64,000 bases of DNA from Eubacteriales bacterium (GTDB taxonomy: Bacteria; Bacillota; Clostridia; Oscillospirales; CAG-382): NCBI GenBank assembly GCA_045537905.1, contig JAZSQJ010000067.1, positions 2,493-66,492 of the forward strand, read 5' to 3'. This document shows, piece by piece, positions 16,988-25,294 of the stretch (its first letter is position 1; the number at the start of each line of letters is the position of its first letter). Both the position numbers and the translations under genes were made by a program. The notes beneath the pieces are model-generated. The model searched no databases. It worked only from the letters and a program-made list of their open reading frames with translations, and had not been told where the DNA came from.

Positions 16988-18192
16988 TAACGAGTCCTCA
17001 TAGAATTAATTTTCTTTGCGTGACCGCAAGCGGAAGAGGAGCTGAGTGCAAATATCACGTCAGTAGCACCAACGTCCTTGCAGAACGTTATGGAGTTGCC
17101 TGTGTAGAATCTGAAGTCAACAACGTAAATCGTCTCATACATAGACATAAGCATAGGAGCAAAGCAGTTGCCAAAGCTGTCCTTGTAAACAACAGCAGTT
17201 CTGCCGTTATTAGTGTTGGTGGTAATCTTGGCAAGCCTGTTATCGCCGCCAAGGAAGGTCATATACCAGGATGCGGCGTGGTTTACCGTCAGGTAGCAGG
17301 TAGGTCTGGTAGCGATAAGCTTTTTACCTGTTTCCACATCGTAATACTCAACGTTGTAATCCTCGTTGTATTCAAACCAGAAAAACTCGTCAGGGTTTTC
17401 CTTCAAAACTGTAGGATTACCCAGCTTGCTGTAGTAATAACCGTAAAAGCCTTGAGGAGTGCCGTCCTCGTTGTACTTGCCGTCCTTAGTGTAAGCACCG
17501 CTTTCAAGGGTCTTAAAGGGCAAGCCTGCCACGGATGCAAACTTTTGTGCGGCATAATACGCACCAAGCTGAGTCCAGTGGAAGTCTGTGCGGAAATAAA
17601 TCTGTTCGTCCCAATGCTCGTAAAGGGTATCGTAAACGTTTACGCTCGTAACACCGGTGCCCTCAAACTTTTCGTCAAGATAATCCAGCTTATCTTCCTG
17701 ATTGCCGCCATACTTTTCGTAAAAGTCAACACCGTCTCTTACATAGTTTCTGAGATAGATGGAATTTGAGGTAGGAACAACCATAGAGAATACGTTAACG
17801 TCAGCGCCAAGGTCTTTTTTGTACTGGGCGATAACCTGACTATAGTAGTTGAAGCTATCGTAAGTGCCACCGAAAACGTCCATACAACGGGTGCCAAGAA
17901 GCAAAATGTTGTTGTAGTTATTAAACTCTTCACCCTTGTCGGCAACATCGCTGAAGGTAGAGCTATCATCGGGAGTGGAGTCCACACTCTCAGAGCTTTC
18001 ATCCTTGTTATCAACACTTGCATCTGCAGATGTGTTGGGAGCTACGGAAGAATCTTTGTCCGGTGTGGTGCTGTCGCCGGACATATAATCCGGCGTAAAG
18101 GATGATTCATCATCGTACTGAATGTTTGCACAGGCAGTAAGAGCACTGAGCAAAAGGGTTATAGTTAAAAATACGGTTAATGCTTTTTTCAT
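16987..18192 (-). CDS. DHHW-family (AlgJ/AlgX-like) extracytoplasmic protein, lipoprotein, paralog 2
   Basis: I chose the start at MKKALTVFLTITLLLSALTAC (lipobox) instead of 18258. Motifs TDFHWTQLGAYY and YKDSFGNCF. Confidence 0.8.
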   Translation of the reverse strand: MKKALTVFLTITLLLSALTACANIQYDDESSFTPDYMSGDSTTPDKDSSVAPNTSADASVDNKDESSESVDSTPDDSSTFSDVADKGEEFNNYNNILLLGTRCMDVFGGTYDSFNYYSQVIAQYKKDLGADVNVFSMVVPTSNSIYLRNYVRDGVDFYEKYGGNQEDKLDYLDEKFEGTGVTSVNVYDTLYEHWDEQIYFRTDFHWTQLGAYYAAQKFASVAGLPFKTLESGAYTKDGKYNEDGTPQGFYGYYYSKLGNPTVLKENPDEFFWFEYNEDYNVEYYDVETGKKLIATRPTCYLTVNHAASWYMTFLGGDNRLAKITTNTNNGRTAVVYKDSFGNCFAPMLMSMYETIYVVDFRFYTGNSITFCKDVGATDVIFALSSSSACGHAKKINSMRTR

Positions 18193-18220
18193 TATTATAG
18201 CCTTTCTGGAAATATATATT

Positions 18221-18577
18221 TTATCCGTTATAATCCTCAAAGGAAAATTCTTCTTCACTTTCGGGTCTGGAGTCCTGGGCTCCGTCCTGAACGTTGGAGC
18301 CTTGCAAATCGGTTTCTATACCGAAGTTGGATTTGATTTGATTAACCAGCTCCCTAAACTTGGAACGGTACGGTATTGAATCGGTATACCAGTCGGCAAT
18401 CTGCTCGGTATACCTGCCGTTAAAGTATGACTCTGCGGTAAAACGGGGAAATTTTGTTATCATTCTGTTTTCGCCCTCTGCAAAGCCGTAGGTTCTGGGA
18501 AAGAAGGACATAAAGCCGATAAACAACACAAATACCAAAACTACACAAAGTATGTTGATAAGGTAAAACTTTTTCAT
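18221..18577 (-). CDS. Small single-pass membrane protein resembling the N-terminal module of DHHW/AlgJ-type proteins
   Basis: N-terminal TM helix, then PRTYGFAEGENRMITKFPRF...YRSKFRE and an acidic tail. It lies 11 nt after the MBOAT gene. Confidence 0.6.
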   Translation of the reverse strand: MKKFYLINILCVVLVFVLFIGFMSFFPRTYGFAEGENRMITKFPRFTAESYFNGRYTEQIADWYTDSIPYRSKFRELVNQIKSNFGIETDLQGSNVQDGAQDSRPESEEEFSFEDYNG

Positions 18578-18588
18578 CGTATCCCTCC

Positions 18589-20022
18589 TTAAAATCTGAA
18601 GTACAGGAACGGATTGTTAGAAGAATCCGTAAGCATAACTATACAAAGGAGCAACAGAATGATATTTGTTACACCCGTAAGACAAACCGCAACCGACTCC
18701 CGTCCCTCGTTAGCGTAAAACCATTTTTTAATCTTAGGTAATATGGGAAAGCTAACGACAGCAGAAAGCACTATCAAATATAAATTGTTAAGAATAGTCG
18801 ATTTTGAAACGGGATCAAGGAAGGTATTGTTATTTGCAAAGACAATATTGCCAAAGAAGGTACCCAGGTCGCCAAGGTTTTCAAAATAGAATATGGCAAA
18901 GCCTATTATAACAACTATCAAAGAATAGATATGAGAAACCGCCTTTGGAAGCTTTTTCATCCTTTTTTTGCCAACAAGCATTTCAATGAGAATAAACGCA
19001 CCGAAATATAAGCCCCATATAATGAAGTTCCAGGACGCACCGTGCCAAAAACCTGTGCAAAACCAAACGAGGAACAAGCTGAGGTACTTTCTTCTTTTGC
19101 CGAAAATTGGCACATACAGCAAATAGTCACGGAAGAAGGTGCCCAGAGATATATGCCAACGCTGCCAAAACTCAGAAATGTTTTTACTTACAAAGGGATG
19201 CTTAAAGTTTTCATCAAAATGGAAGCCGAAAATCCTGCCTATACCGATAGCCATATCGGAGTAGCCTGAAAAGTCAAAGTAAACGTACAAAGCATAGCAG
19301 ATAACGCCAACCAGGGTGCCAACAAAGCTTTGACCTGCAAGTACGCTGGAGGGCAGGTGATCTACAGCACCGTAGTCCCCCAACAGATTGGTTACAACGC
19401 TAAACAGGTTGTTGGCAATAAGAACTTTTTTAGACAAGCCAACAACGAAACGAGTAGCACCCTCGCTAACGTCCTTTAAGGTGCTTTTACGGTTATGTAT
19501 TTCCTCTTCGATGGTTGCATAACGCACGATGGGCCCCGCAACAAGCTGAGGAAACAAAGAGATATAAAGAAGCAGATTAAAAAAGTTTTTCTGTACGTCT
19601 ACCTTACCCCAATAACAGTCTATAATGTAAGACATTATCTGGAAGGTAAAAAAGCTTATGCCTATAGGCAGAACGATGTTTGTAAGCGGTATGGATGTGC
19701 TGAATACTGCGTTTATATTCTCAATAAAGAAATTTGTATACTTGAACACGAAGAGCAAGCCGATATTGAACACAATAGCCAGAGAGACAGACAACTTTGC
19801 CGCAACCGTGTCCCGCTTTTTATCTATAATCAATCCCGCAAAATAGTTTACTGCGGTTGACAGCAGCAACAGACCTACGTAAGTAGGCTCACCCCAGGCG
19901 TAAAATATCAAAGAAAACACTATTAAAACAGCATTCTTCATCCATAGTCTCGGGCTTAAAAAATACAGAAGGAAGCAGGCTGCTAAAAAAACAAATATAA
20001 AAAACAAATCAGAAAAAACCAT
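18589..20022 (-). CDS. MBOAT-family membrane-bound O-acyltransferase (AlgI/DltB/PatA-like)
   Basis: More than 10 TM segments. Conserved His motifs WQRWHISLGTFFRDY and GFWHGASW. Confidence 0.9.
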   Translation of the reverse strand: MVFSDLFFIFVFLAACFLLYFLSPRLWMKNAVLIVFSLIFYAWGEPTYVGLLLLSTAVNYFAGLIIDKKRDTVAAKLSVSLAIVFNIGLLFVFKYTNFFIENINAVFSTSIPLTNIVLPIGISFFTFQIMSYIIDCYWGKVDVQKNFFNLLLYISLFPQLVAGPIVRYATIEEEIHNRKSTLKDVSEGATRFVVGLSKKVLIANNLFSVVTNLLGDYGAVDHLPSSVLAGQSFVGTLVGVICYALYVYFDFSGYSDMAIGIGRIFGFHFDENFKHPFVSKNISEFWQRWHISLGTFFRDYLLYVPIFGKRRKYLSLFLVWFCTGFWHGASWNFIIWGLYFGAFILIEMLVGKKRMKKLPKAVSHIYSLIVVIIGFAIFYFENLGDLGTFFGNIVFANNNTFLDPVSKSTILNNLYLIVLSAVVSFPILPKIKKWFYANEGRESVAVCLTGVTNIILLLLCIVMLTDSSNNPFLYFRF

Positions 20023-20064
20023 AACATCCTCATTCTACATTGTTTACAAACTTTATCAACGTAT

Positions 20065-20093
20065 AGTATATAACAAAAAGCAATTAAAGTCAA
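20065..20093 (-). promoter_or_regulatory. Candidate sigma-A promoter of the MBOAT operon
   Basis: On the minus strand: TTGACT (20093-20088), 17 nt spacer, TATACT (20070-20065). Confidence 0.45.
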
Positions 20094-20114
20094 TAATAAA
20101 GCTAATTCTTATAT

Positions 20115-20153
20115 AAAGAAAAAAGCCACCCTTGCAATTTTGCAAGGGTGGCT
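20115..20153 (-). terminator. Rho-independent terminator of the amidase gene
   Basis: agccacccttgca / tgcaagggtggct 13-bp stem, followed on the minus strand by ttttttcttt. Confidence 0.85.
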
Positions 20154-20174
20154 GGGTTAAACTATTCTAAGCAA

Positions 20175-22238
20175 TTAGCTCTTAAGAGCTGCAGCAAGTG
20201 CAATGTAGTCAGAGGAAGCTACAGTGCCGTCGCCGTCAACGTCTGCTGCCAGTGCAAAAGCACCTTCAAGAGTAACCTGGCTCTTCATCGCCTTGGACTG
20301 GGTGATGTAGTCGGTTGTGGAGATGTTTGCGTCGCCGTTGATGTCACCTGCAACTACAAGGGCGTAAGATACCTTAACTGTACCGTTAACAACAAGGTTT
20401 ACGGTGTAGCCCGTAGCGATAAGCTCGTTAGCGGCAAGTTCGGTACCGCCATTGTTATATATAACGAGGAAGGAATTATCCTGCTCAAAGCTTGCGAGGG
20501 TCTGCTCAACGGTGGTAAGCGCTGCAAAGCCTCTGAAAGCGGTAGAGTCACCAACCTTAACAACCTCTGCCTTAGAAGAAGTGATGTCGGAAGGAGCGGT
20601 AACCTTAAGGGTAATGGTCTTAGTGGTTGTCTTAGAGTCAACAGGACCAACTGCGGTTACGGTAACGGTAAGAGAAGTACCTTCTTGAACTGCGGGAATG
20701 GTAAAGGTCTTGTCAGTAGCACCGTTCTGCTCAACCAAGGTGGAGGTAGCGCCGTTGTTGTTAAGAACAACCTTATAGTTGTAGCTGGTTGCGTTAGCAA
20801 CTGCAGCCCAGGAAACTGTGCCTGTGTCACCTACTTCGATTTCAGCAGGGCAGGAAACGGTAGGAGCGGTTACGGAGAGAGATACGCCGCCGTTAACAAG
20901 AACGTGTGCGTTGGTATAAATTGCATTGTTATCAAGGAACACGCCTACAAAGGAAAGCTTGTCACCAACGGCAATCTTGGTTGCGTATTCGTAATTGGTA
21001 GAACTTGAGTGAATTGCAAACAGAACATTCTTACCGGTTATGGAAATGTTCTTGGTAGCACCTGCATCGGATATAGAGGTAACGGTGTAAGTACCGTCAT
21101 TATTGGGAGAGCAAAGCATTGCACGCCACCAAGTCATTGCAAAGGAACCCTTTGCAGAGGTACAAACGATGCTGTTAACCACGTTGGTGGCACCGTTTAT
21201 TTCAAGAACGGGAATGTACTGAACTGTTGTAGGATAGCTGGGATTATTACCGAGAGCTACAAGCTTGCTGGAGGAAGCGGTGTTGGAAGGACCAACAGCT
21301 GTAACAGTAGCCTTCAAATACTTACCCTTGCTTTGTGCAGGAATTGTTACGTAGGTATCAGTGGTAGACTTGTCAACGAGTGTAGAAGCTGCAGAAGTAG
21401 CGCTGGGCTCACCGTTGAAAAGCTCAACCTTAACCTTATAAGAGGTTGCGTTAGTAACAGCATTCCATCTGAAGGTAACGCCTGTGTTGTTAGCTACAGA
21501 GCTGCCGCTGGTGAAGGTAGGAGCGGTAACGGTCTTGTCATCAACAACGGACTTGTTTATCATAGCAAGCATACCGTTTGCGATAGCCTTAGCGTCTGCA
21601 TCGAAATACTTATCAAAGTTTGCATTATCGGTTGCGTTATCGATAAAGCTACATTCAACGAGTATTGCAGGCATATTGGACTCACGGGTTACGTGGAAGT
21701 TGTTGTACTTAACGCCTCTATTTCTCCAACAGCCAACTGCGATAAGAGCGTTTTGTACGCTGGTAGCAAATTTTGCACTAACAGACGTAGCGCTCTGGCT
21801 CTGGTGATAATAAGTTTCAATGCCTGTACCGAGGTTTGCAGTACCGCAAGCGTTTCTGTGGATGGAAATGAAGTAGGAGTAGCTACCTGCGTTAGCCATA
21901 TCAGTTCTGTTTTGGAGAGACAGAGTGATATCGGTTACTCGGGTAAGAGCAGCGGAGGCGCCGGACTGGTTAACGAGCTTAGCAACGGCAAGTGAAAGTC
22001 TGAGAGTATCATCAGCCTCTTCCCTGTTGCCGCCGAGAACGGTACTCATAGCGCCGGGGTCGTTACCGCCGTGACCGGGGTCGATAATAAAGTTTGCGCT
22101 TGCAAGGCTAGAGCCGTTTACAGCAACACCAACCGCAGCGCTAACCTTAAGAGAAGCATCCTGTATTGCAGAAAAAGCAAAGACAGAAAGCATTAAACAA
22201 AGCGTGAGGAAAATGCTTGTAAGTTTTTTGATTTTCAT
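20175..22238 (-). CDS. Secreted N-acetylmuramoyl-L-alanine amidase (amidase_3) with two Fn3-like modules, an unknown domain and a C-terminal type I dockerin
   Basis: I chose the start at MKIKKL (RBS AAGGAG). Signal peptide present. IIDPGHGGNDPGA, ISIHRNA and LVECSFIDN. The C-terminus has two DxDxDG-type Ca-binding repeats. Confidence 0.85.
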   Translation of the reverse strand: MKIKKLTSIFLTLCLMLSVFAFSAIQDASLKVSAAVGVAVNGSSLASANFIIDPGHGGNDPGAMSTVLGGNREEADDTLRLSLAVAKLVNQSGASAALTRVTDITLSLQNRTDMANAGSYSYFISIHRNACGTANLGTGIETYYHQSQSATSVSAKFATSVQNALIAVGCWRNRGVKYNNFHVTRESNMPAILVECSFIDNATDNANFDKYFDADAKAIANGMLAMINKSVVDDKTVTAPTFTSGSSVANNTGVTFRWNAVTNATSYKVKVELFNGEPSATSAASTLVDKSTTDTYVTIPAQSKGKYLKATVTAVGPSNTASSSKLVALGNNPSYPTTVQYIPVLEINGATNVVNSIVCTSAKGSFAMTWWRAMLCSPNNDGTYTVTSISDAGATKNISITGKNVLFAIHSSSTNYEYATKIAVGDKLSFVGVFLDNNAIYTNAHVLVNGGVSLSVTAPTVSCPAEIEVGDTGTVSWAAVANATSYNYKVVLNNNGATSTLVEQNGATDKTFTIPAVQEGTSLTVTVTAVGPVDSKTTTKTITLKVTAPSDITSSKAEVVKVGDSTAFRGFAALTTVEQTLASFEQDNSFLVIYNNGGTELAANELIATGYTVNLVVNGTVKVSYALVVAGDINGDANISTTDYITQSKAMKSQVTLEGAFALAADVDGDGTVASSDYIALAAALKS
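20178..20354 (-). other. Dockerin module (two 22-residue Ca-binding repeats)
   Basis: GDINGDANISTTDYITQSKAM ... ADVDGDGTVASSDYIALAAAL. Confidence 0.8.
20595..20873 (-). repeat. Fn3/Ig-like module, copy 2 (intragenic protein repeat)
   Basis: VTAPT...VSWAAVANATSYNYKV...FTIPA...TVTVTAVGP is paralogous to the module encoded at 21258-21530. Confidence 0.7.
21258..21530 (-). repeat. Fn3/Ig-like module, copy 1 (intragenic protein repeat)
   Basis: VTAPT...FRWNAVTNATSYKVKV...VTIPA...ATVTAVGP. Confidence 0.7.
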
Positions 22239-22389
22239 ATTAATCTCCTTTACAAATAAATAAAAGTCCATAGTATCTTCACGATAATTATACATCCTTA
22301 TAACAAAAATGTCAATTGCTATATATGTAGAAAACACTCTTTGAAATTTGTGCAACTTTTCCACTACATATAGCTCAAGGCAAAGTTTA

Positions 22390-22419
22390 ACGGCAATGCA
22401 TTTTTTTATGCATTGCCGT
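22390..22419 (-). terminator. Hairpin after potD
   Basis: acggcaatgca / tgcattgccgt 11-bp stem with a T-rich loop. The trailing U-tract is weak. Confidence 0.5.
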
Positions 22420-22423
22420 CAGT

Positions 22424-23677
22424 TTACAGCTTGTAATAATCATCGCCGATGCTACGTGTTCTTTTGTGCTTGAATTTTACAAGAATCAAAACCAAAAGTC
22501 CGGCAACGATAACGCCCGAAATAATATGGATAGATATAGCATTTACGCCGTAGGCCTTGGTAAACGCCCACTGGTCGTTCATAATATTTAATATTTCCTC
22601 ACTCATATGTCTGAACATTAAGTCTTTGTCAAAGTCAGCAAATTCGTCAGGATACAGTATAGAATAACAATAGGGGTCGTTTTCGCTGCTGTAGCTATAG
22701 TCCTCGTGATTGACAACGGCGGTGTTGGGACTGGCGTAACAAATATATTCAGCGTTTGCCAGTGCAACGTCAGGTCTCAGCATATAGTTGATAAACATTT
22801 CCGCAGCCTGCTTGTTTGCGCTTGCCTTGGGAATGCACATAACGTCTATAAACTGGTTGGTAATAAGCTTACCCTCTTCGTTGCGGGGATACACAAATTC
22901 AAGAGCGTCATTCTCCGCCTTCATCGTAAGAAAGTCCCCTGCGTAATAAGGCGCAACAGCGGCGTTACCTGCCTCCATTATATCAAAGATTTCGTCATTG
23001 ACATAACGCTTAAGCACTTTTTTCTGTGCCTTAAGCTCCTCAGCTGCAAGCTCCCAGTCACCGGAGTCCTTAGAGTTTATGCTTACACCGATCTTAAACT
23101 GTGCAATAGCAAAGGCATCGCGAGGGTTATCAAACATAAGAATCTCGCCCTTGTAATCCTCATCCCAAAGTATATCCCAATTGTAGGGCTGTTCCTTAAC
23201 CATTTCGGTGTTATAAATCACACCAACCATACCAACGGTATAAGGGATAGAATATTCATCTTTCGGATCAAACTCAAAAACGCCCTTATATTTGTCCGCA
23301 ATGTACTTATAGTTTGGAACGTTACTGTAATCAATGGTCTGGAGATAGCCTTCCGCCCAAAGACGCTCGAACATATAGTCAGAGGGAACGATAACGTCGT
23401 AGGTTATACCGCCGTTTTCAAGGCTGGCATAAAGCTCCTCGTTATTGGCGTAGGTTATATACTCAACGTTAATACCCGTTTCGTTCTCAAACTCGGTAAT
23501 AACGTCAAGACTGTCATCCTCACCGTTTGAAATATACTCACCCCAGTTGAAAACACGGATGGTGGTGCCTGCAAGGCTGGTATTTATACCGCCGTCATCC
23601 GCAGATGCAAACGACGAAGGGGTGATTGTTGTAAACAGAAAAGCAACTATAAAAGCAAAAGCAATAATCCTTTTCAA
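22424..23677 (-). CDS. potD: Spermidine/putrescine ABC transporter substrate-binding protein with an extra C-terminal TM anchor
   Basis: PotD-type core (IRVFNWGEYI, YDVIVPSDYM). Signal peptide without a lipobox. The last 37 aa form a hydrophobic helix followed by KFKHKRTR. Confidence 0.85.
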   Translation of the reverse strand: MKRIIAFAFIVAFLFTTITPSSFASADDGGINTSLAGTTIRVFNWGEYISNGEDDSLDVITEFENETGINVEYITYANNEELYASLENGGITYDVIVPSDYMFERLWAEGYLQTIDYSNVPNYKYIADKYKGVFEFDPKDEYSIPYTVGMVGVIYNTEMVKEQPYNWDILWDEDYKGEILMFDNPRDAFAIAQFKIGVSINSKDSGDWELAAEELKAQKKVLKRYVNDEIFDIMEAGNAAVAPYYAGDFLTMKAENDALEFVYPRNEEGKLITNQFIDVMCIPKASANKQAAEMFINYMLRPDVALANAEYICYASPNTAVVNHEDYSYSSENDPYCYSILYPDEFADFDKDLMFRHMSEEILNIMNDQWAFTKAYGVNAISIHIISGVIVAGLLVLILVKFKHKRTRSIGDDYYKL

Positions 23678-23696
23678 TTATCCTTCTCCTTAAAAA

Positions 23697-24500
23697 CTAC
23701 TTGCGTTTATTTTCCTTCCGTGTTTTGTCACGACTGCCGATGACGTTTTTGGCAATAAGCAACAACAGCACCGCAATAAATATAATCGTTGACAAAGCGT
23801 AAATGGAATCCGGTACCTTTTTACGGGCGGCACCGTAAATATAAAGAGGCAGGGTGTTGTAGGTACCTGCAGTGAAACGGCTGATTACAAAGTCGTCAAT
23901 AGACAAGGTAAACGCCATAAAGAAGCCCGTTAAAACACCGGTACGGATAGCGGGAAGCTCTACCTTGAAAAATGCCTTCAAGGGTGTGCAGCCCAAATCC
24001 ATAGCAGCCTGGGGCAGGTGCTTGTCCATCTGGTTTATCTTGGGCAAAACAGAAAGTATTACATAAGGTATCTCAAAGGTTATATGAGATATCAGCAATG
24101 CATAAAAACCGAGGAAGTCCGTTATACCAAGCAGTGCGAAAAACAAACCAAACAAAAGAACCAACGAGATAGCCGTAACGATATCTGGGCTTGTCATAGG
24201 TATGTTAGTTACAAGCATAACAGCCTGTTTTATCTTTCTGTTACGGAATTTAGAGATGCCCACAGCGGCAGCAGTACCGATAACTGTAGAAAAGCAAGCG
24301 GAAATAACAGCAATAACCACTGTGTTTTTCAAGGCATCAATGGCTACCTTATCGTTGAAAAAGTTGTTATAAGCCTTAAAGAAGGGACCGTCACCAAAAT
24401 TAAAGGAACGGTAAATAAGCAAAGCGATAGGCGCATACAAGAAAACCAAAACAGCAAGTATGCAAATTGCAGAGCCTATTCTCTTGCGGGACTTTTTCAC
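23697..24500 (-). CDS. potC: Spermidine/putrescine ABC transporter permease
   Basis: Six TM segments, an EAA-like loop (AAMDLGCTPLKAF), and operon context. Confidence 0.85.
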   Translation of the reverse strand: MKKSRKRIGSAICILAVLVFLYAPIALLIYRSFNFGDGPFFKAYNNFFNDKVAIDALKNTVVIAVISACFSTVIGTAAAVGISKFRNRKIKQAVMLVTNIPMTSPDIVTAISLVLLFGLFFALLGITDFLGFYALLISHITFEIPYVILSVLPKINQMDKHLPQAAMDLGCTPLKAFFKVELPAIRTGVLTGFFMAFTLSIDDFVISRFTAGTYNTLPLYIYGAARKKVPDSIYALSTIIFIAVLLLLIAKNVIGSRDKTRKENKRK

Positions 24501-25294
24501 ATCAACACACCTCCATCCTCGTCATCGGAGGTAAACTTGCTCATTATTGCCATGGAAATAATAATAAGAACCAACAGAATGAAAGAAAAAGCAGAGCCCA
24601 AATTATACTTATTAGCCATCATAAACAAATCCTCAATCTTGTCGCCCACGATAACAAACATACCGCCGCCAAGCTTTTCGGAGATGTAGAAGGTGCTGAC
24701 AGAGGGCACAAACACCATAGTAATACCCGAAACGATACCGGGCATACTAAGGGGCAACAATACCTTAGCCCACATCTGCAGCTTTGTACAGCCAAGGTCG
24801 TGGGCAGCTTCTATCAAGCTGTTGTCCATTTTTGAAATAACAGAGTAGATAGGAAGAACCATATAAGGCAAAAAGTTATAGACCATACCCATAATGGCAG
24901 CAGTAAAGGTTTCGCTTATACCCATAGCCTCCGTGAGTACGTATATGGCATTTGTTCTTATAACAAAGTTCATCCACATGGGAAGCATCAGCAAAAGCAT
25001 CATCGCCGCTTGAGCACCGCTTCCCAGCTTGGAAATAAAATATGCAACGGGATAACCTATAAGCAGGCATATCACGGTAGCGATAAGAGCGATTTCAAGG
25101 GATAACAGTAAAATTTCAATATGATAAGCAGAGCCCAGCTCGGCGATGTTGTCAAAGGTAAAATTGCCGTTTTTGTCTGTAAAGGTATAATAAATTACCA
25201 TAAACAACGGCAATACCACAAATATTACAGACCAGACGATATAAGGTGCAGAAACAAGCTTTTGTAAAATATGTCTATTCCCTCTTTTACTCAT
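24497..25294 (-). CDS. potB: Spermidine/putrescine ABC transporter permease
   Basis: EAA-like loop [14 protein letters not shown] chose the start at ATG 25294 (ATGAGTAA overlap with the potA stop) instead of 25339. Confidence 0.85.
   Translation of the reverse strand: MSKRGNRHILQKLVSAPYIVWSVIFVVLPLFMVIYYTFTDKNGNFTFDNIAELGSAYHIEILLLSLEIALIATVICLLIGYPVAYFISKLGSGAQAAMMLLLMLPMWMNFVIRTNAIYVLTEAMGISETFTAAIMGMVYNFLPYMVLPIYSVISKMDNSLIEAAHDLGCTKLQMWAKVLLPLSMPGIVSGITMVFVPSVSTFYISEKLGGGMFVIVGDKIEDLFMMANKYNLGSAFSFILLVLIIISMAIMSKFTSDDEDGGVLM

Noticed and set aside
18193-18258. An upstream start (18258) for DHHW paralog 2, and the idea that 18221-18577 plus 16987-18258 form one frameshifted pseudogene.
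   Set aside because: The two ORFs are in different frames, but the downstream gene has its own complete lipoprotein signal (MKKALTV...LTAC) at 18192. The upstream ORF ends cleanly in an acidic tail. Two intact genes is the simpler reading.
20148-21995. Two consecutive plus-strand ORFs (286 and 328 aa) antisense to the amidase-dockerin gene.
   Set aside because: They are shadow ORFs. The minus-strand frame carries the signal peptide, amidase_3 motifs, repeated Fn3-like modules and the dockerin.
22239-22364. A 42-codon N-terminal extension of the amidase ORF (MEKLHKF...).
   Set aside because: The internal ATG at 22238 has a strong AAGGAG RBS and starts a typical signal peptide. The extension is AT-rich promoter-like DNA.
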